Source: Enterobacterales bacterium (GTDB lineage Bacteria > Pseudomonadota > Gammaproteobacteria > Enterobacterales > Enterobacteriaceae). From it: DNA of 32,000 bases. The DNA lies in the NCBI GenBank assembly GCA_044442725.1, contig JBISJR010000001.1, positions 139,187-171,186 of the forward strand, read 5' to 3'. Position 1 is the stretch's first letter, and the number at the start of each line of letters is the position of its first letter. Under the pieces are notes generated by a model. It ran no database searches. It was not told the DNA's origin and was given only the letters and a program-made list of their open reading frames with translations. Positions 19,445 through 29,700 of this stretch are shown here, piece by piece. Made by a program: the position numbers and the translations under genes.

Positions 19445-20020
19445 TTAAATATCATTTATTTTAAAATAATCACATTTATATAATAAATATAAAGTCTGTC
19501 CTGTTATTTTCTTTTTATATATAAACCAATTATTAGGAACAAAACTATATAAATTTTCTTTTTCAGATTCAATATATATAAATGAATCATAATTAACCCA
19601 GTAATTTTTAATTAATAAATAAATTGTTTTAAAAATCATATCTTTATTAAAAGGTGGATCTATATATACTATATCATATATATTTCCTTTTTTTTTAAGC
19701 CATTTTATTGAATTTGTATTAATTATTTTTGCATTATTTATGTTAAATCTTTTTAAATTTTTTTTTAATTCTAAAGTTGTTTTTTTATTTTTTTCTAAAA
19801 ATGTAACATTATTACATCCTCTTGAAATAGATTCAAACCCTAGTGACCCACTTCCTGAAAAACAATCTAAACATTTAGATTTATATATTATAGGAGATAT
19901 CCAATTAAATAGTGTTTTTTTAATAATATTTTTTGTTGGTCTTAAGCTAGATTTAAAAGTAAATATTATTTTTTTGTTTTTTAAATATCCTCCTAAAATA
20001 AAAATATTAATTTTATACAT
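19445..20020 (-). CDS. rsmD: 16S rRNA (guanine966-N2)-methyltransferase RsmD (YhhF)
   Basis: 191 aa. LRPTKNIIKKTLFNWISPII..KCLDCFSGSGSLGFESISRG and IVYIDPPF match E. coli RsmD (LRPTTDRVRETLFNWLAPVI..QCLDCFAGSGALGLEALSR, IVFVDPPF). Confidence 0.9.
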   Translation of the reverse strand: MYKINIFILGGYLKNKKIIFTFKSSLRPTKNIIKKTLFNWISPIIYKSKCLDCFSGSGSLGFESISRGCNNVTFLEKNKKTTLELKKNLKRFNINNAKIINTNSIKWLKKKGNIYDIVYIDPPFNKDMIFKTIYLLIKNYWVNYDSFIYIESEKENLYSFVPNNWFIYKKKITGQTLYLLYKCDYFKINDI

Positions 20021-20347
20021 ATTTTATATTTTTAATTTTAATTTAATAAAAAATTGTATTAATTATTTATTTTAATATTTAAATATTAATATATAATTAT
20101 AAATTTAATTATAAAAAATTTTTGAAAAATATTATTTTTTAATATATAAGTTATTAATAACTTATATTATTATTTTTTATAATTTTATTTTAATAATTTA
20201 AAAATTAATTTAATTTTATTATTTATTTTATTTTTTTTAAATTTAAATTTAAATTATAAAATAAATTATTATTAATATAATAAAGTTTATTAAATATTAA
20301 TTTTTAAATATATTAAAATATTATTTATTTTTAAAAGGTTATAAATT

Positions 20348-21214
20348 TTGGAAAATATAAAAAAAATTAATTATATTAATAATGATAATATAAAATCATA
20401 TTTTAAAATAGCTAGTTCTTATCCAATTTTAAATGAAAAAGAAGAAAAAAATTTATCAAAAAAATTTTTTTATAAAGGCGACTTAGAATCTGCTAAAAAT
20501 TTAATTTTATCTAATATAAGATTTGTAATTAATATAACTAAAAGTTATTTAGGATATGGTATTAATCAATATGATCTTATACAAGAAGGAAATATTGGAC
20601 TAATGAAAGCAGTAAGAAAATTTAATCCAAATATAGGTGTTCGATTGGTTTCATTTGCAATTCATTGGATTAAAGCAGAAATTAATGAATATGTTATTAG
20701 TAATTGGCGTATTGTCAAAGTAGCTACAACAAAAGCACAAAAAAAATTATTTTTTAATTTACGAAAAAACAAAAAAAATTTAAAATGGTTTAATAAAAAT
20801 GAAATAAAAATAATATCAAAAAAATTAGATGTTAAAATTAAAGATGTAATAGAAATGGAATCACGTATGTCAGCACAAGATATGCAATTTGATCCAATTT
20901 ATATAAATTTAGAAAATAATAATAAATATATAAATTCATTATATCCTACTATTTGTTTTTATGATAAAAAATCTAATTTTGCAAATACTTTAATAAAAGA
21001 TAAATGTTATAAAATAACTTATACTAAAATTAGTATTGCTTTAAATATTTTAGATAAAAGAAGTAAAGATATTATAAAATCAAGATGGTTAAATGATAAT
21101 AATAAAATAACTTTAAAAAAATTAGCAAACAAGTATGGAATTTCAGCAGAAAGAATTCGTCAATTAGAAAAAAGCGCAATGAAAAAAATGAAAGAATCAA
21201 TATTAAATAATTAA
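20348..21214 (+). CDS. rpoH: RNA polymerase sigma-32 heat-shock factor RpoH (apparent TTG start)
   Basis: 288 aa. DLIQEGNIGLMKAVRKFNP..GVRLVSFAIHWIKAEINEYV..NWRIVKVATTKAQKKLFFNLRK and YGISAERIRQLEKSAMKKMK are nearly identical to E. coli RpoH. Its N-terminal length matches E. coli only if the TTG at 20348 is the start. An AAAGG sequence lies about 8 nt upstream. The next in-frame ATG is far inside the conserved region. Confidence 0.93.
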   Translation: MENIKKINYINNDNIKSYFKIASSYPILNEKEEKNLSKKFFYKGDLESAKNLILSNIRFVINITKSYLGYGINQYDLIQEGNIGLMKAVRKFNPNIGVRLVSFAIHWIKAEINEYVISNWRIVKVATTKAQKKLFFNLRKNKKNLKWFNKNEIKIISKKLDVKIKDVIEMESRMSAQDMQFDPIYINLENNNKYINSLYPTICFYDKKSNFANTLIKDKCYKITYTKISIALNILDKRSKDIIKSRWLNDNNKITLKKLANKYGISAERIRQLEKSAMKKMKESILNN

Positions 21215-21248
21215 ATTTAAAATTTTTTAAATTTAATTATTTAATATT
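21199..21248. terminator. 50-bp palindrome (24-bp arms, 2-nt centre) spanning the stop codons of convergent rpoH and rplQ; putative bidirectional terminator
   Basis: Arm 21199-21222 is the exact reverse complement of arm 21225-21248; every pair was checked. The rpoH stop (21212-21214) and the rplQ stop (21237-21239) both lie inside it. Confidence 0.6.
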
Positions 21249-21602
21249 ACGATTTATAATTTCAATGTAAGACATTGGAGAATTATCTCCTTTCCTAAAT
21301 CCACATTTATAAATTCTAGTATATCCTCCATTATAATTAATAATACGTGGACCTATTTTATTGAATAATTTATAAACTATTTCATTATTTCTTAATTTCG
21401 AAAATATAATTCTTCTTTTTATTAAACTATATTTTTTTGAAATATTAATTATTGGTTCAATAATTCTTCTAAGTTCTTTTGCCTTATTTAAAGTTGTTTT
21501 AATTATTTCATTTTTTATTAAAGAATTTGACATATTTCTAAACATAGCATTTCTATGACTAGTATTTATATTTAACTTTCTTCCTTTTTTTAAATGTCTC
21601 AT
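21237..21602 (-). CDS. rplQ: 50S ribosomal protein L17
   Basis: 121 aa. [24 protein letters not shown]...[23 protein letters not shown] matches E. coli L17. Confidence 0.97.
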   Translation of the reverse strand: MRHLKKGRKLNINTSHRNAMFRNMSNSLIKNEIIKTTLNKAKELRRIIEPIINISKKYSLIKRRIIFSKLRNNEIVYKLFNKIGPRIINYNGGYTRIYKCGFRKGDNSPMSYIEIINRNIK

Positions 21603-21637
21603 TTTATATTATCCTTATTTAAAATTTTTAAAAATAA

Positions 21638-22624
21638 TTATTTTTTTTTAATTAAATTAATTGACCAATTATTTAAAATCATTCCTAATGATAAACCACG
21701 AGATAAAAGAACGTTTTTAATTTCAGTAATTGATTTTTTTCCTAAATTTGGTGTTTTTAAAAGATCTTTTTCTTTACGTTGTACTAATTCACCTATATAT
21801 CTAATAGATTCTGCTTTTAAACAATTAGAGGATCTTACTGTAAGTTCTAAATCATCAACTAATTTAAGAAGTATAGGATCAAATTTTGGTTTTTTTTCTT
21901 TTAATTTGTTGTTATGTATATCATTTAAGTATATAAAATATTTTAATTGATTAGATAATATTGTTGCAGCTGTTCTTATAGCTTTTTCAGGTTTAATTGT
22001 GCCATTTGTTTCTATTTCAATAATAAGTTTATCTAAATCAGTTCTTTTTTCTACACGTGTTTGTTCTACATTATACGATATACGTTCTATAGGATTATAA
22101 CATGCATCTATAAGAATTCTACCTATATGACGATTTTCTTTTATTTTTATTCTACTGTAAGCAGGTATATATCCTATACCTTTTTGAACTTTTATTTTCA
22201 TATTAATTGATGAATCTTCATTAGTCATGTTACATATAACATGTTCAGGATTTATTATTTTTACATTATGATCATGAATAATATCAGATGCTAGAACTTT
22301 AATAATTCCATATTTTTTTAATGTTAAATTGACACTATTTTTATTATATATTTTTACTGATAATTTTTTTAAATTTAAAATAATTTCTAAAATATCTTCT
22401 TTTATACCTTTTTTCGTACTATATTCATGTAATACTCCATCAATTTCAACTTCTGTAACTGCACATCCTGGTATTGATGATAAAAGAATTCTACGTAATG
22501 CATTACCTAATGTATGTCCAAATCCTCGTTCTAATGGTTCTAATATTACTTTTGAATGTGTTGAGCTAAATTTTTCTATATCTACTATTTTTGGTTTTAC
22601 AATTTCTTGATTATATGTATTCAT
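21638..22624 (-). CDS. rpoA: DNA-directed RNA polymerase subunit alpha
   Basis: 328 aa. [23 protein letters not shown] and the C-terminal domain [22 protein letters not shown] match E. coli RpoA, and it sits in the expected operon position. Confidence 0.97.
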   Translation of the reverse strand: MNTYNQEIVKPKIVDIEKFSSTHSKVILEPLERGFGHTLGNALRRILLSSIPGCAVTEVEIDGVLHEYSTKKGIKEDILEIILNLKKLSVKIYNKNSVNLTLKKYGIIKVLASDIIHDHNVKIINPEHVICNMTNEDSSINMKIKVQKGIGYIPAYSRIKIKENRHIGRILIDACYNPIERISYNVEQTRVEKRTDLDKLIIEIETNGTIKPEKAIRTAATILSNQLKYFIYLNDIHNNKLKEKKPKFDPILLKLVDDLELTVRSSNCLKAESIRYIGELVQRKEKDLLKTPNLGKKSITEIKNVLLSRGLSLGMILNNWSINLIKKK

Positions 22625-22649
22625 TATTTATCACTTATTAATAATTAAT

Positions 22650-23273
22650 TTATTTTGAATATAATTCTACTATTAATTTTTCATTAATATCTTTATATAA
22701 AAGATTACGTTCAGGTATAAATTTAAATATACCTTCCATTTTATTAATATTAACTTCAATCCAATTTATTTTTTCTCTATTATTTTCAGATAATTCCAAT
22801 GATAACTTTATTCTTAATTGATTTTTAGCTTTATTTCTTATTCCTATAATATCGTTTATTTTTACTTGATATGATGCAATATTAATTATTTTTTTATTTA
22901 CTGTAATTAATTTATGACTAACTAATTGTCTAGATTCTGATCTTGTTGAACCAAATCCCATTCTATAAACAACATTATCTAATCTTGTTTCTAATAATTT
23001 AAGTAAATTTTCACCTGTATTTCCTTTTAATCTTATAGATTTATTATAATAATTTCGAAATTGACGTTCTAAAATACCATATAATCTTTTAACTTTTTGT
23101 TTTTCTCTTAATTGAATTCCATAATTTGATAATCTATTTTTTTTAATTCCAAAATCACCTGGATATTTTTCTATTTTGCATTTAGATTCTATAGATCTAC
23201 ATCCAGATTTTAAAAATAAATCAGTACATTCTCGACGACTTAATTTTAGTTTAGGTCCTATATATTTAGACAT
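22650..23273 (-). CDS. rpsD: 30S ribosomal protein S4
   Basis: 207 aa. [34 protein letters not shown] and LIVELYSK match E. coli S4. Confidence 0.97.
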   Translation of the reverse strand: MSKYIGPKLKLSRRECTDLFLKSGCRSIESKCKIEKYPGDFGIKKNRLSNYGIQLREKQKVKRLYGILERQFRNYYNKSIRLKGNTGENLLKLLETRLDNVVYRMGFGSTRSESRQLVSHKLITVNKKIINIASYQVKINDIIGIRNKAKNQLRIKLSLELSENNREKINWIEVNINKMEGIFKFIPERNLLYKDINEKLIVELYSK

Positions 23274-23301
23274 ATTATTTTCCTTTATTTATTTAATAAA
23301 T

Positions 23302-23688
23302 TTAAACTCTTCTTTTTTTAGGTGGTCTACATCCATTATGTGGTATTGGTGTTGCATCAATAATTTTAGTAATGTTAAATCCTGAATTATAAAGAGCTCT
23401 TATACTTGATTCTCTTCCAGGTCCTGGACCTTTAATAATTATTTTTATGTTTTTTATTCCATATTCTTTAATTATTTCTGAACATTTTTCTGCTGCAACT
23501 TGAGCCGCAAAAGGAGTTGATTTTTTAGAACCACGAAAACCACAACCTCCAGATGTTGACCAACCTAAAGAATTTCCATTCAAATCAGTAATAGTAACTA
23601 TTGTATTATTAAAAGATGAATTAATATAAACTATTCCATCTAAAATCTGTTTTTTATTTTTTTTATTTATTTTTTTTTTTTTAATCAT
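23302..23688 (-). CDS. rpsK: 30S ribosomal protein S11
   Basis: 128 aa. [29 protein letters not shown] and [16 protein letters not shown] match E. coli S11. Confidence 0.97.
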   Translation of the reverse strand: MIKKKKINKKNKKQILDGIVYINSSFNNTIVTITDLNGNSLGWSTSGGCGFRGSKKSTPFAAQVAAEKCSEIIKEYGIKNIKIIIKGPGPGRESSIRALYNSGFNITKIIDATPIPHNGCRPPKKRRV

Positions 23689-23706
23689 TATAAATTAACT
23701 CCTAAT

Positions 23707-24063
23707 TTATTTTTTAATAGGTTTACGTGGACCTTTGCATGTTCTAGCATTTGTTTTTGTTCTTTGACCTCTTACTGGAAGTTTTTTACGATGTCTTAAA
23801 CCTCTATAACTTGAAAAATCTATTAATCTTTTAATATTTACATTAATTTTACGGCGAAGATCTCCTTCAATAATAAATTTAGATAAAGATTCTTGTAAAT
23901 TCTTTATAAGTTCTTTAGATAATTTAGATATAATTATATTATCAGGTACAGATGAAATAAAACAAATATATTTAGATCTTGATTTTCCAATTCCATAAAT
24001 TGATGTTAATGCAATTAAAGTATTTTTATTATCAGGAATATTTACTCCTGCTATACGTACCAA
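23707..24063 (-). CDS. rpsM: 30S ribosomal protein S13
   Basis: 118 aa. [41 protein letters not shown] match E. coli S13. Confidence 0.97.
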   Translation of the reverse strand: MVRIAGVNIPDNKNTLIALTSIYGIGKSRSKYICFISSVPDNIIISKLSKELIKNLQESLSKFIIEGDLRRKINVNIKRLIDFSSYRGLRHRKKLPVRGQRTKTNARTCKGPRKPIKK

Positions 24064-24122
24064 TTTATTTTCTCCATTTTTAATAAAATTTATATTTTAA
24101 ATAATATTTTAAAAAATTAAAT

Positions 24123-24239
24123 TTATCCTTGACGCTGTTTATGTTTAGAATATATATTACAAATAACTCTAATTATTTTTTTTCTTTTAATTATTTTACA
24201 ATTTCTACATAATCTTTTTACTGAAGCTCTAACTTTCAT
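24123..24239 (-). CDS. rpmJ: 50S ribosomal protein L36
   Basis: This gene is not in the ORF track because it is too short. My hand translation of the minus strand gives [39 protein letters not shown]. coli L36 is [38 protein letters not shown]. It lies between secY and rpsM as expected. Confidence 0.93.
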   Translation of the reverse strand: MKVRASVKRLCRNCKIIKRKKIIRVICNIYSKHKQRQG

Positions 24240-24269
24240 TTTATTTCTCTTTATTTTTATAATATTTAA

Positions 24270-25601
24270 TTAAAATAATTTATTTTTAGGTTTTAATTTA
24301 TCAATTATATTTTTATATTTACTAGACATCATAATTGTATTTATTTGATTTATAATATCAATTATAACAACAACTATAATTAACAAAGATGTACTACTAA
24401 AATTAATTTCATAATTAATTATTTTACTTATAAATTCTGAAATTAAACAAATAAAAGTAATATAAATTGATCCTAATAATGTAATTTTATTATATATTTT
24501 ATATATATATTTTTCTGTATTTTGTCCTGGTCTTATACCTGTTATAAAAGCTCCTGATTTTTTAAGATTATCTGATATTTCTTTTATATCAAATACAAAT
24601 TTAGAATAAAATAAACAAAAAAATATTATAATATAAGAATATATTAATGTATAAATTAAATTTCCAGGTCTAAAATATATATATATAAAATTAATCCAAT
24701 TTAATTTAAACTTACTTTTAATCCATGTTATTATTGTAAGAATAATTGTTATTAAATTAGAAGAAAAAATAGCAGGAACAACACCATTCATATTTATTTT
24801 TAAAGGCAAATATGTATTTTTATGGGAAAAAATTTTTCTTGCTTGAGGACTAGGATAATTAATTAATATTTGTCTTTGTCCGCTTTCAATTAATACTATT
24901 AAAAATGTAATAAAAAAAATTAAAAATAGTATAATAATTAACATTGAATATGTAATATAACCTTTATTAATTTTATTTATTATTTTAATAAAAGAAAAAT
25001 AAAATTCCGATAATATACCTGTAAAAATAATTACTGAAATACCATTTCCTATGCCATTTTTAGTTATTTGATTTCCAATCCAAACTAATAATATAGTACC
25101 TAATGATAAACTTAATACTGTTATAATAAAAAATATTAAATAAATTAAATTTTTAATAAAATATTTTATTATATATAAGTTATTAAATCCTATAATTGTT
25201 ATGAACGATTGAATAATAGATATAATAAAAGTTCCATAAATTGTATATTTATTTATTTTATATTTATCATTTTCATAATTTTTTTTTTTTAATAAATTTA
25301 TATTTAATTTTGTTAATAATTGAATAATCATTGATGATGAAATATATGGCATAACACCCAAAGAGAATATAGAAGCATTATTTAATGAACCTCCTGAAAA
25401 TATATTAAACATATTTATTATTAAATTATTATCATTATTATTTATAAAATTTTTAAATATATTAGTATTAATAAAAGGTATTGAAATAAAAGTTCCTATT
25501 CTTAAAATAATTATTGATAAAATAACAAACATAATCCTTTTTTTTAATTCATTAAAACCCATTTTAGAATTTAAAAAATTTAATTTTGTCTTTTTATACA
25601 T
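24270..25601 (-). CDS. secY: Preprotein translocase subunit SecY
   Basis: 443 aa, the same length as E. coli SecY, and polytopic and hydrophobic. FSLGVMPYISSSMIIQLL and GFITGIRPG-like motifs are present. It occupies the expected spc-operon position. Confidence 0.95.
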   Translation of the reverse strand: MYKKTKLNFLNSKMGFNELKKRIMFVILSIIILRIGTFISIPFINTNIFKNFINNNDNNLIINMFNIFSGGSLNNASIFSLGVMPYISSSMIIQLLTKLNINLLKKKNYENDKYKINKYTIYGTFIISIIQSFITIIGFNNLYIIKYFIKNLIYLIFFIITVLSLSLGTILLVWIGNQITKNGIGNGISVIIFTGILSEFYFSFIKIINKINKGYITYSMLIIILFLIFFITFLIVLIESGQRQILINYPSPQARKIFSHKNTYLPLKINMNGVVPAIFSSNLITIILTIITWIKSKFKLNWINFIYIYFRPGNLIYTLIYSYIIIFFCLFYSKFVFDIKEISDNLKKSGAFITGIRPGQNTEKYIYKIYNKITLLGSIYITFICLISEFISKIINYEINFSSTSLLIIVVVIIDIINQINTIMMSSKYKNIIDKLKPKNKLF

Positions 25602-25608
25602 ATATTAA

Positions 25609-26043
25609 TTATTCCTTAATTTTACCACCATTTGATTTTATTACTTTTTTAGCACCTTTGCTTACACGAATACCATGAATAATAATTGGTCTATTTATTT
25701 TTCCAGAATTAATAATTTTAACAAATTTTATATTATTTTTTATAATTTTTTTATTTTTTAAAACATTTATATTTATCAAATTATTTTTTATATGTAACAA
25801 ATCTGACAATTTAACTTCAATATTATAAATAGATTTTATAGATGTAAAACCAAATTTTGGTATTCTACGGTATAAAGGCATTTGTCCTCCTTCAAAACAT
25901 CTTTTTAAATATTTTCCAGAACGTGATTTTTGACCTTTATGACCTCTTCCACAAGTCTTACCAAAACCAGAACCAATTCCTCTTCCAACTCTTTTTGATT
26001 TTTTTTTTGATCCTTTAGATGGAGATAAATTATTTAAATTCAT
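25609..26043 (-). CDS. rplO: 50S ribosomal protein L15
   Basis: 144 aa. [53 protein letters not shown] matches E. coli L15. Confidence 0.97.
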   Translation of the reverse strand: MNLNNLSPSKGSKKKSKRVGRGIGSGFGKTCGRGHKGQKSRSGKYLKRCFEGGQMPLYRRIPKFGFTSIKSIYNIEVKLSDLLHIKNNLININVLKNKKIIKNNIKFVKIINSGKINRPIIIHGIRVSKGAKKVIKSNGGKIKE

Positions 26044-26235
26044 ATATTATTTCTCTATTATAATTTTATATTAAATAAATTTAAAAAATAAATATAATTT
26101 ATATAATATTTTTTATTTTTAATTTTTAATAAATAAAATTTAAATTTAATAATATAAAAAATATTTATATATTTAAGAAATATTTTTATAAAATTATTAA
26201 TTTAATTTATTTTAAAATTTTATATAATTAATTAA
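26044..26235 (-). other. Empty rpmD (L30) slot: 192-bp A/T spacer between rpsE and rplO
   Basis: I read the minus strand by hand. It has no ATG and is full of TAA codons, with only 3 G/C in 192 bp. In E. coli the roughly 180-nt rpmD occupies exactly this position. Confidence 0.6.
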
Positions 26236-26739
26236 TTATTTACCTAAAATTTCTTTAATTGATTTTCCACGTTTAGCAGCTATATTTTTAATAGATGTCA
26301 TATTTTTTAAAGCATTAATAGTTGCTTTTACTACATTAATTTTATTACTTGATCCATAAGACTTTGCTACAATATTATTAATTCCTGCCATACTAAAAAC
26401 AGCTCTCATAACCCCACCTGCTATTATTCCAGTTCCTTCAACAGCTGGTTTAATAAACACCATAGATTTTGTATGAATTCCTTTAATTGAATATTGAATA
26501 GTATTTTTATATATTGATATAGTTATCATATTTTTTTTTGCTTTTTCAATTGATTTTTTTATTGCTGATGGAACTTCACGTGCTTTTCCATAACCAAAAC
26601 CTACTTTACCTTTTCCATCACCTACTGTTGTAAGAGCTGTAAAACTAAAAACTCTACCGCCTTTAACTGTTTTAGATACTCTATTTATTGATATTAGTTT
26701 TTCTTGTATATTATTTTTATTTTTATATTTATATATCAT
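26236..26739 (-). CDS. rpsE: 30S ribosomal protein S5
   Basis: 167 aa. [40 protein letters not shown] matches E. coli S5. Confidence 0.97.
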   Translation of the reverse strand: MIYKYKNKNNIQEKLISINRVSKTVKGGRVFSFTALTTVGDGKGKVGFGYGKAREVPSAIKKSIEKAKKNMITISIYKNTIQYSIKGIHTKSMVFIKPAVEGTGIIAGGVMRAVFSMAGINNIVAKSYGSSNKINVVKATINALKNMTSIKNIAAKRGKSIKEILGK

Positions 26740-26754
26740 ATTTAACCCTAAATA

Positions 26755-27108
26755 TTAAAAATTAAGACCATATTTACGAGCAGATTTTGCTAAAGATTTT
26801 ATTCTACCATGATATTTAAAACCAGATCTATCAAATGATACTTTTTTAATATTTTTATTTATAGATCTTTTAGCAATTATTTTACCTATTTTAGTTGCAG
26901 CATATTTATTACCTGTTTGTTTCAATTTATTTTTTATATTTTTTTCTAAAGTTGAAGCTGATATTAAAACTTCAGAATTATTTGATGAAATAATTTGTGC
27001 ATAAATATGTTTAGATGTTCTATGAATTGTTAATCTTAGTGAACATAATGATTTAATTTTACAACGAGTTTTTTTTGATCTTTTTAATCGAATTATTTTT
27101 TTTTTCAT
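26755..27108 (-). CDS. rplR: 50S ribosomal protein L18
   Basis: 117 aa. [32 protein letters not shown] and [16 protein letters not shown] match E. coli L18. Confidence 0.96.
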   Translation of the reverse strand: MKKKIIRLKRSKKTRCKIKSLCSLRLTIHRTSKHIYAQIISSNNSEVLISASTLEKNIKNKLKQTGNKYAATKIGKIIAKRSINKNIKKVSFDRSGFKYHGRIKSLAKSARKYGLNF

Positions 27109-27117
27109 TTTTTTACC

Positions 27118-27651
27118 CTATTTTTTTTTCTTTTCTTTTAAATTAATAATTTCATCAATATATCTAATACCTTTGCCTTTATATGGTTCAGTTTTTTTAT
27201 AAGATCTTATATCTGAAGCAACTTGTCCTATTAATTGTTTATTACATCCTTTAATAATAATTTCATTTTTAATTGTACATGTAATTTTAACATTAATAGG
27301 TATTTCATATTTTATATTATGAGAATATCCTATATATAATATTAATATATTATCTTTTATTGATGCACGATAACCAACACCTACTAATTTTAATATTTTA
27401 GTAAAACCAACTGTAACACCTATAATCATATTATTTATTATTGATCTTGTTGTTCCTGCAATAGACCAATTTTTTTTATTTTTTATATTAGGATAAATAT
27501 TAATTATATTATTAAAATAATTAATTTCAATATCTTTATTAATATTAAATGTTAATTTATTTTTTAAATATTTTATTAAAATTTTTTTATAATTTAAAAT
27601 TATATTTACACCTAATGGTATATGAATAGGTATTTTAGAAATACGAGACAT
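27118..27651 (-). CDS. rplF: 50S ribosomal protein L6
   Basis: 177 aa. MSRISKIPI, LVGVGYRA and EPYKGKGIRY match E. coli L6. Confidence 0.95.
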   Translation of the reverse strand: MSRISKIPIHIPLGVNIILNYKKILIKYLKNKLTFNINKDIEINYFNNIINIYPNIKNKKNWSIAGTTRSIINNMIIGVTVGFTKILKLVGVGYRASIKDNILILYIGYSHNIKYEIPINVKITCTIKNEIIIKGCNKQLIGQVASDIRSYKKTEPYKGKGIRYIDEIINLKEKKKK

Positions 27652-27662
27652 TTGTTATCCTT

Positions 27663-28055
27663 CTATGATACATAACATATAATTTCACCACCGATAAAAA
27701 ATTCACGTGCTGTTTTATCAGACATAATTCCTTTAGAAGTAGAAATAATAGCAATACCCATACCAGAAATTACTTTAGGTAATTTTTTATATTTTTTATA
27801 TATACGTAAACTTGGTTTACTTATACGTTTTATATTTTCTATTACTGGTTTGCCTTTAAAATATTTTAATTTTATTTTTAAAATATTTTTTATATTTTTT
27901 TCAATTTTATAATTTTCTATAAATCCTTCTTTATAAAGAATATTTAAAATTTCTTTTTTAAATATAGAATATGGAACATAAACTTTTTTTTTTTTAGATA
28001 TTTGACCATTTCTAATTATAGTTAACATATCTGAAATTGGATCTTGCATGCTCAT
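27663..28055 (-). CDS. rpsH: 30S ribosomal protein S8
   Basis: 130 aa. [18 protein letters not shown] and GGEIICYV match E. coli S8. Confidence 0.97.
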   Translation of the reverse strand: MSMQDPISDMLTIIRNGQISKKKKVYVPYSIFKKEILNILYKEGFIENYKIEKNIKNILKIKLKYFKGKPVIENIKRISKPSLRIYKKYKKLPKVISGMGIAIISTSKGIMSDKTAREFFIGGEIICYVS

Positions 28056-28088
28056 AAAATTTTACCTCAAATTATAAATAATATATTT

Positions 28089-28394
28089 TTACCAACTTGA
28101 TTTTTTTAATCCAGGAATTTCACCTCTCATAGCAGCTTCACGTAATTTTATTCTACTTAAACCAAATTTTTTTAAAAAAGAATTAGGTCTTCCTGTTTGA
28201 CTACAACGATTACGTTGTCTTGATGGACTTGAATCTCTTGGTAATTTTTGTAATTTTATCATTGATTTCCATCTTTTTTTTTTAGAATAATTTAAATTTG
28301 AAATTATATTTTTAAGTAATAAACGTTTTTTAAAATATTTATTTACTAATTTTATTCTTTTTTTTTCTCTTTCTATTATAGATTTTTTAGACAT
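28089..28394 (-). CDS. rpsN: 30S ribosomal protein S14
   Basis: 101 aa. [47 protein letters not shown] matches E. coli S14. Confidence 0.97.
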   Translation of the reverse strand: MSKKSIIEREKKRIKLVNKYFKKRLLLKNIISNLNYSKKKRWKSMIKLQKLPRDSSPSRQRNRCSQTGRPNSFLKKFGLSRIKLREAAMRGEIPGLKKSSW

Positions 28395-28408
28395 TTTTTC
28401 TCCAAAAT

Positions 28409-28951
28409 TTATTTATTAAATGGAATATTAAAACAAGATAATAATTCATAACCTTCATTATCAGATAATGCTGTAGTTGTAATAGAAATATCTAATCCTA
28501 TTACATTATCTATTTTATCATATTTAATTTCTGGAAAAATTATTTGTTCTGATAACCCAATATTATAATTACCTCTACCATCAAAAGATTTTAAAGAAAA
28601 ACCTCTAAAATCTCTAATACGTGGTACTGCAATATGAATAAATCTTTCAAGAAAATCCCACATTCTTGTACGACGTAAAGTTACTTTACATCCAATTGAA
28701 TTACCTTTTCGTATTTTAAAATCTGATATAGATTTACGTGCTTTTGTAATAATAGGTTTTTGTCCTGATATTAAAGTTAAATCATTAACATATTTATTTA
28801 AAAGTTTTTTATTATTATATGCAGAACCTATACCCATATTTATAGTAATTTTTTTTATATTAGGAACTTGCATAATTGAAGAATATTTAAATTTTTTAAA
28901 TAAAATATATACTATTTTAGTTTTATAGTAAACATGTAATCTATCTAACAT
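28409..28951 (-). CDS. rplE: 50S ribosomal protein L5
   Basis: 180 aa. [35 protein letters not shown] and [19 protein letters not shown] match E. coli L5. Confidence 0.97.
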   Translation of the reverse strand: MLDRLHVYYKTKIVYILFKKFKYSSIMQVPNIKKITINMGIGSAYNNKKLLNKYVNDLTLISGQKPIITKARKSISDFKIRKGNSIGCKVTLRRTRMWDFLERFIHIAVPRIRDFRGFSLKSFDGRGNYNIGLSEQIIFPEIKYDKIDNVIGLDISITTTALSDNEGYELLSCFNIPFNK

Positions 28952-28963
28952 AATTATCTCATA

Positions 28964-29278
28964 TTATTTAATAATATTTTTATTAGATTTAAAAATTCTA
29001 ATTTTTTTATTATTTTTTTTAATAAATTTTATTTTATCTGATTTTTTGTATTTTTTATTAAAAATAGCTATATTTGAAATATGAATACTTGATTCTTTTT
29101 TTATTATTTCACCTTTATTATTATTTGATTTATTTGGTTTTTGATGCTTACTAACTAAATTTATACCATTAATTAAAACTCTATTTTTAGAATAAAAACT
29201 TTTTACTGTACCTATTTTTCCTTTATATTTACCAGTTATTACTATAACTGTATCATTTTTTATTATTTTAAAAGACAT
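28964..29278 (-). CDS. rplX: 50S ribosomal protein L24
   Basis: 104 aa. DTVIVITGKYKGKIGTVK, INGINLVSKHQKP and VSNIAIFN-like matches to E. coli L24. Confidence 0.93.
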   Translation of the reverse strand: MSFKIIKNDTVIVITGKYKGKIGTVKSFYSKNRVLINGINLVSKHQKPNKSNNNKGEIIKKESSIHISNIAIFNKKYKKSDKIKFIKKNNKKIRIFKSNKNIIK

Positions 29279-29289
29279 TTGTAAACCTC

Positions 29290-29658
29290 TTATATAACTT
29301 CAGGAGCTAAAGAAACAATTTTCATGAATTTTTCATTTCTTAATTCACGAGTAATAGGTCCAAAAATACGTGTACCTATAGGCTGTTCAGAATTATTTAA
29401 TAATACACAAGAATTATTATCAAATCTAATAATTGATCCATCTGATCTATGAAAATTTTTTTTTGTTCTTACAATTACAGCTTTTAAAACATCTCCTTTC
29501 TTTACTTTTCCTCTAGGAATAGCTTCTTTTATAGATATTTTTATTATATCACCTAATATAGCATATCTACGTTTTGATCCACCTAAAACTTTTATACACA
29601 TTACTTTACGAGCACCAGAATTATCAGCTACTTTTAATATAGTTTGTTGTTGTATCAT
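29290..29658 (-). CDS. rplN: 50S ribosomal protein L14
   Basis: 122 aa. [28 protein letters not shown]...[27 protein letters not shown] is near-identical to E. coli L14. Confidence 0.98.
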   Translation of the reverse strand: MIQQQTILKVADNSGARKVMCIKVLGGSKRRYAILGDIIKISIKEAIPRGKVKKGDVLKAVIVRTKKNFHRSDGSIIRFDNNSCVLLNNSEQPIGTRIFGPITRELRNEKFMKIVSLAPEVI

Positions 29659-29700
29659 TTTATTTTTAATAATTTTTAATTTTAATTTAAATTAATTAAT

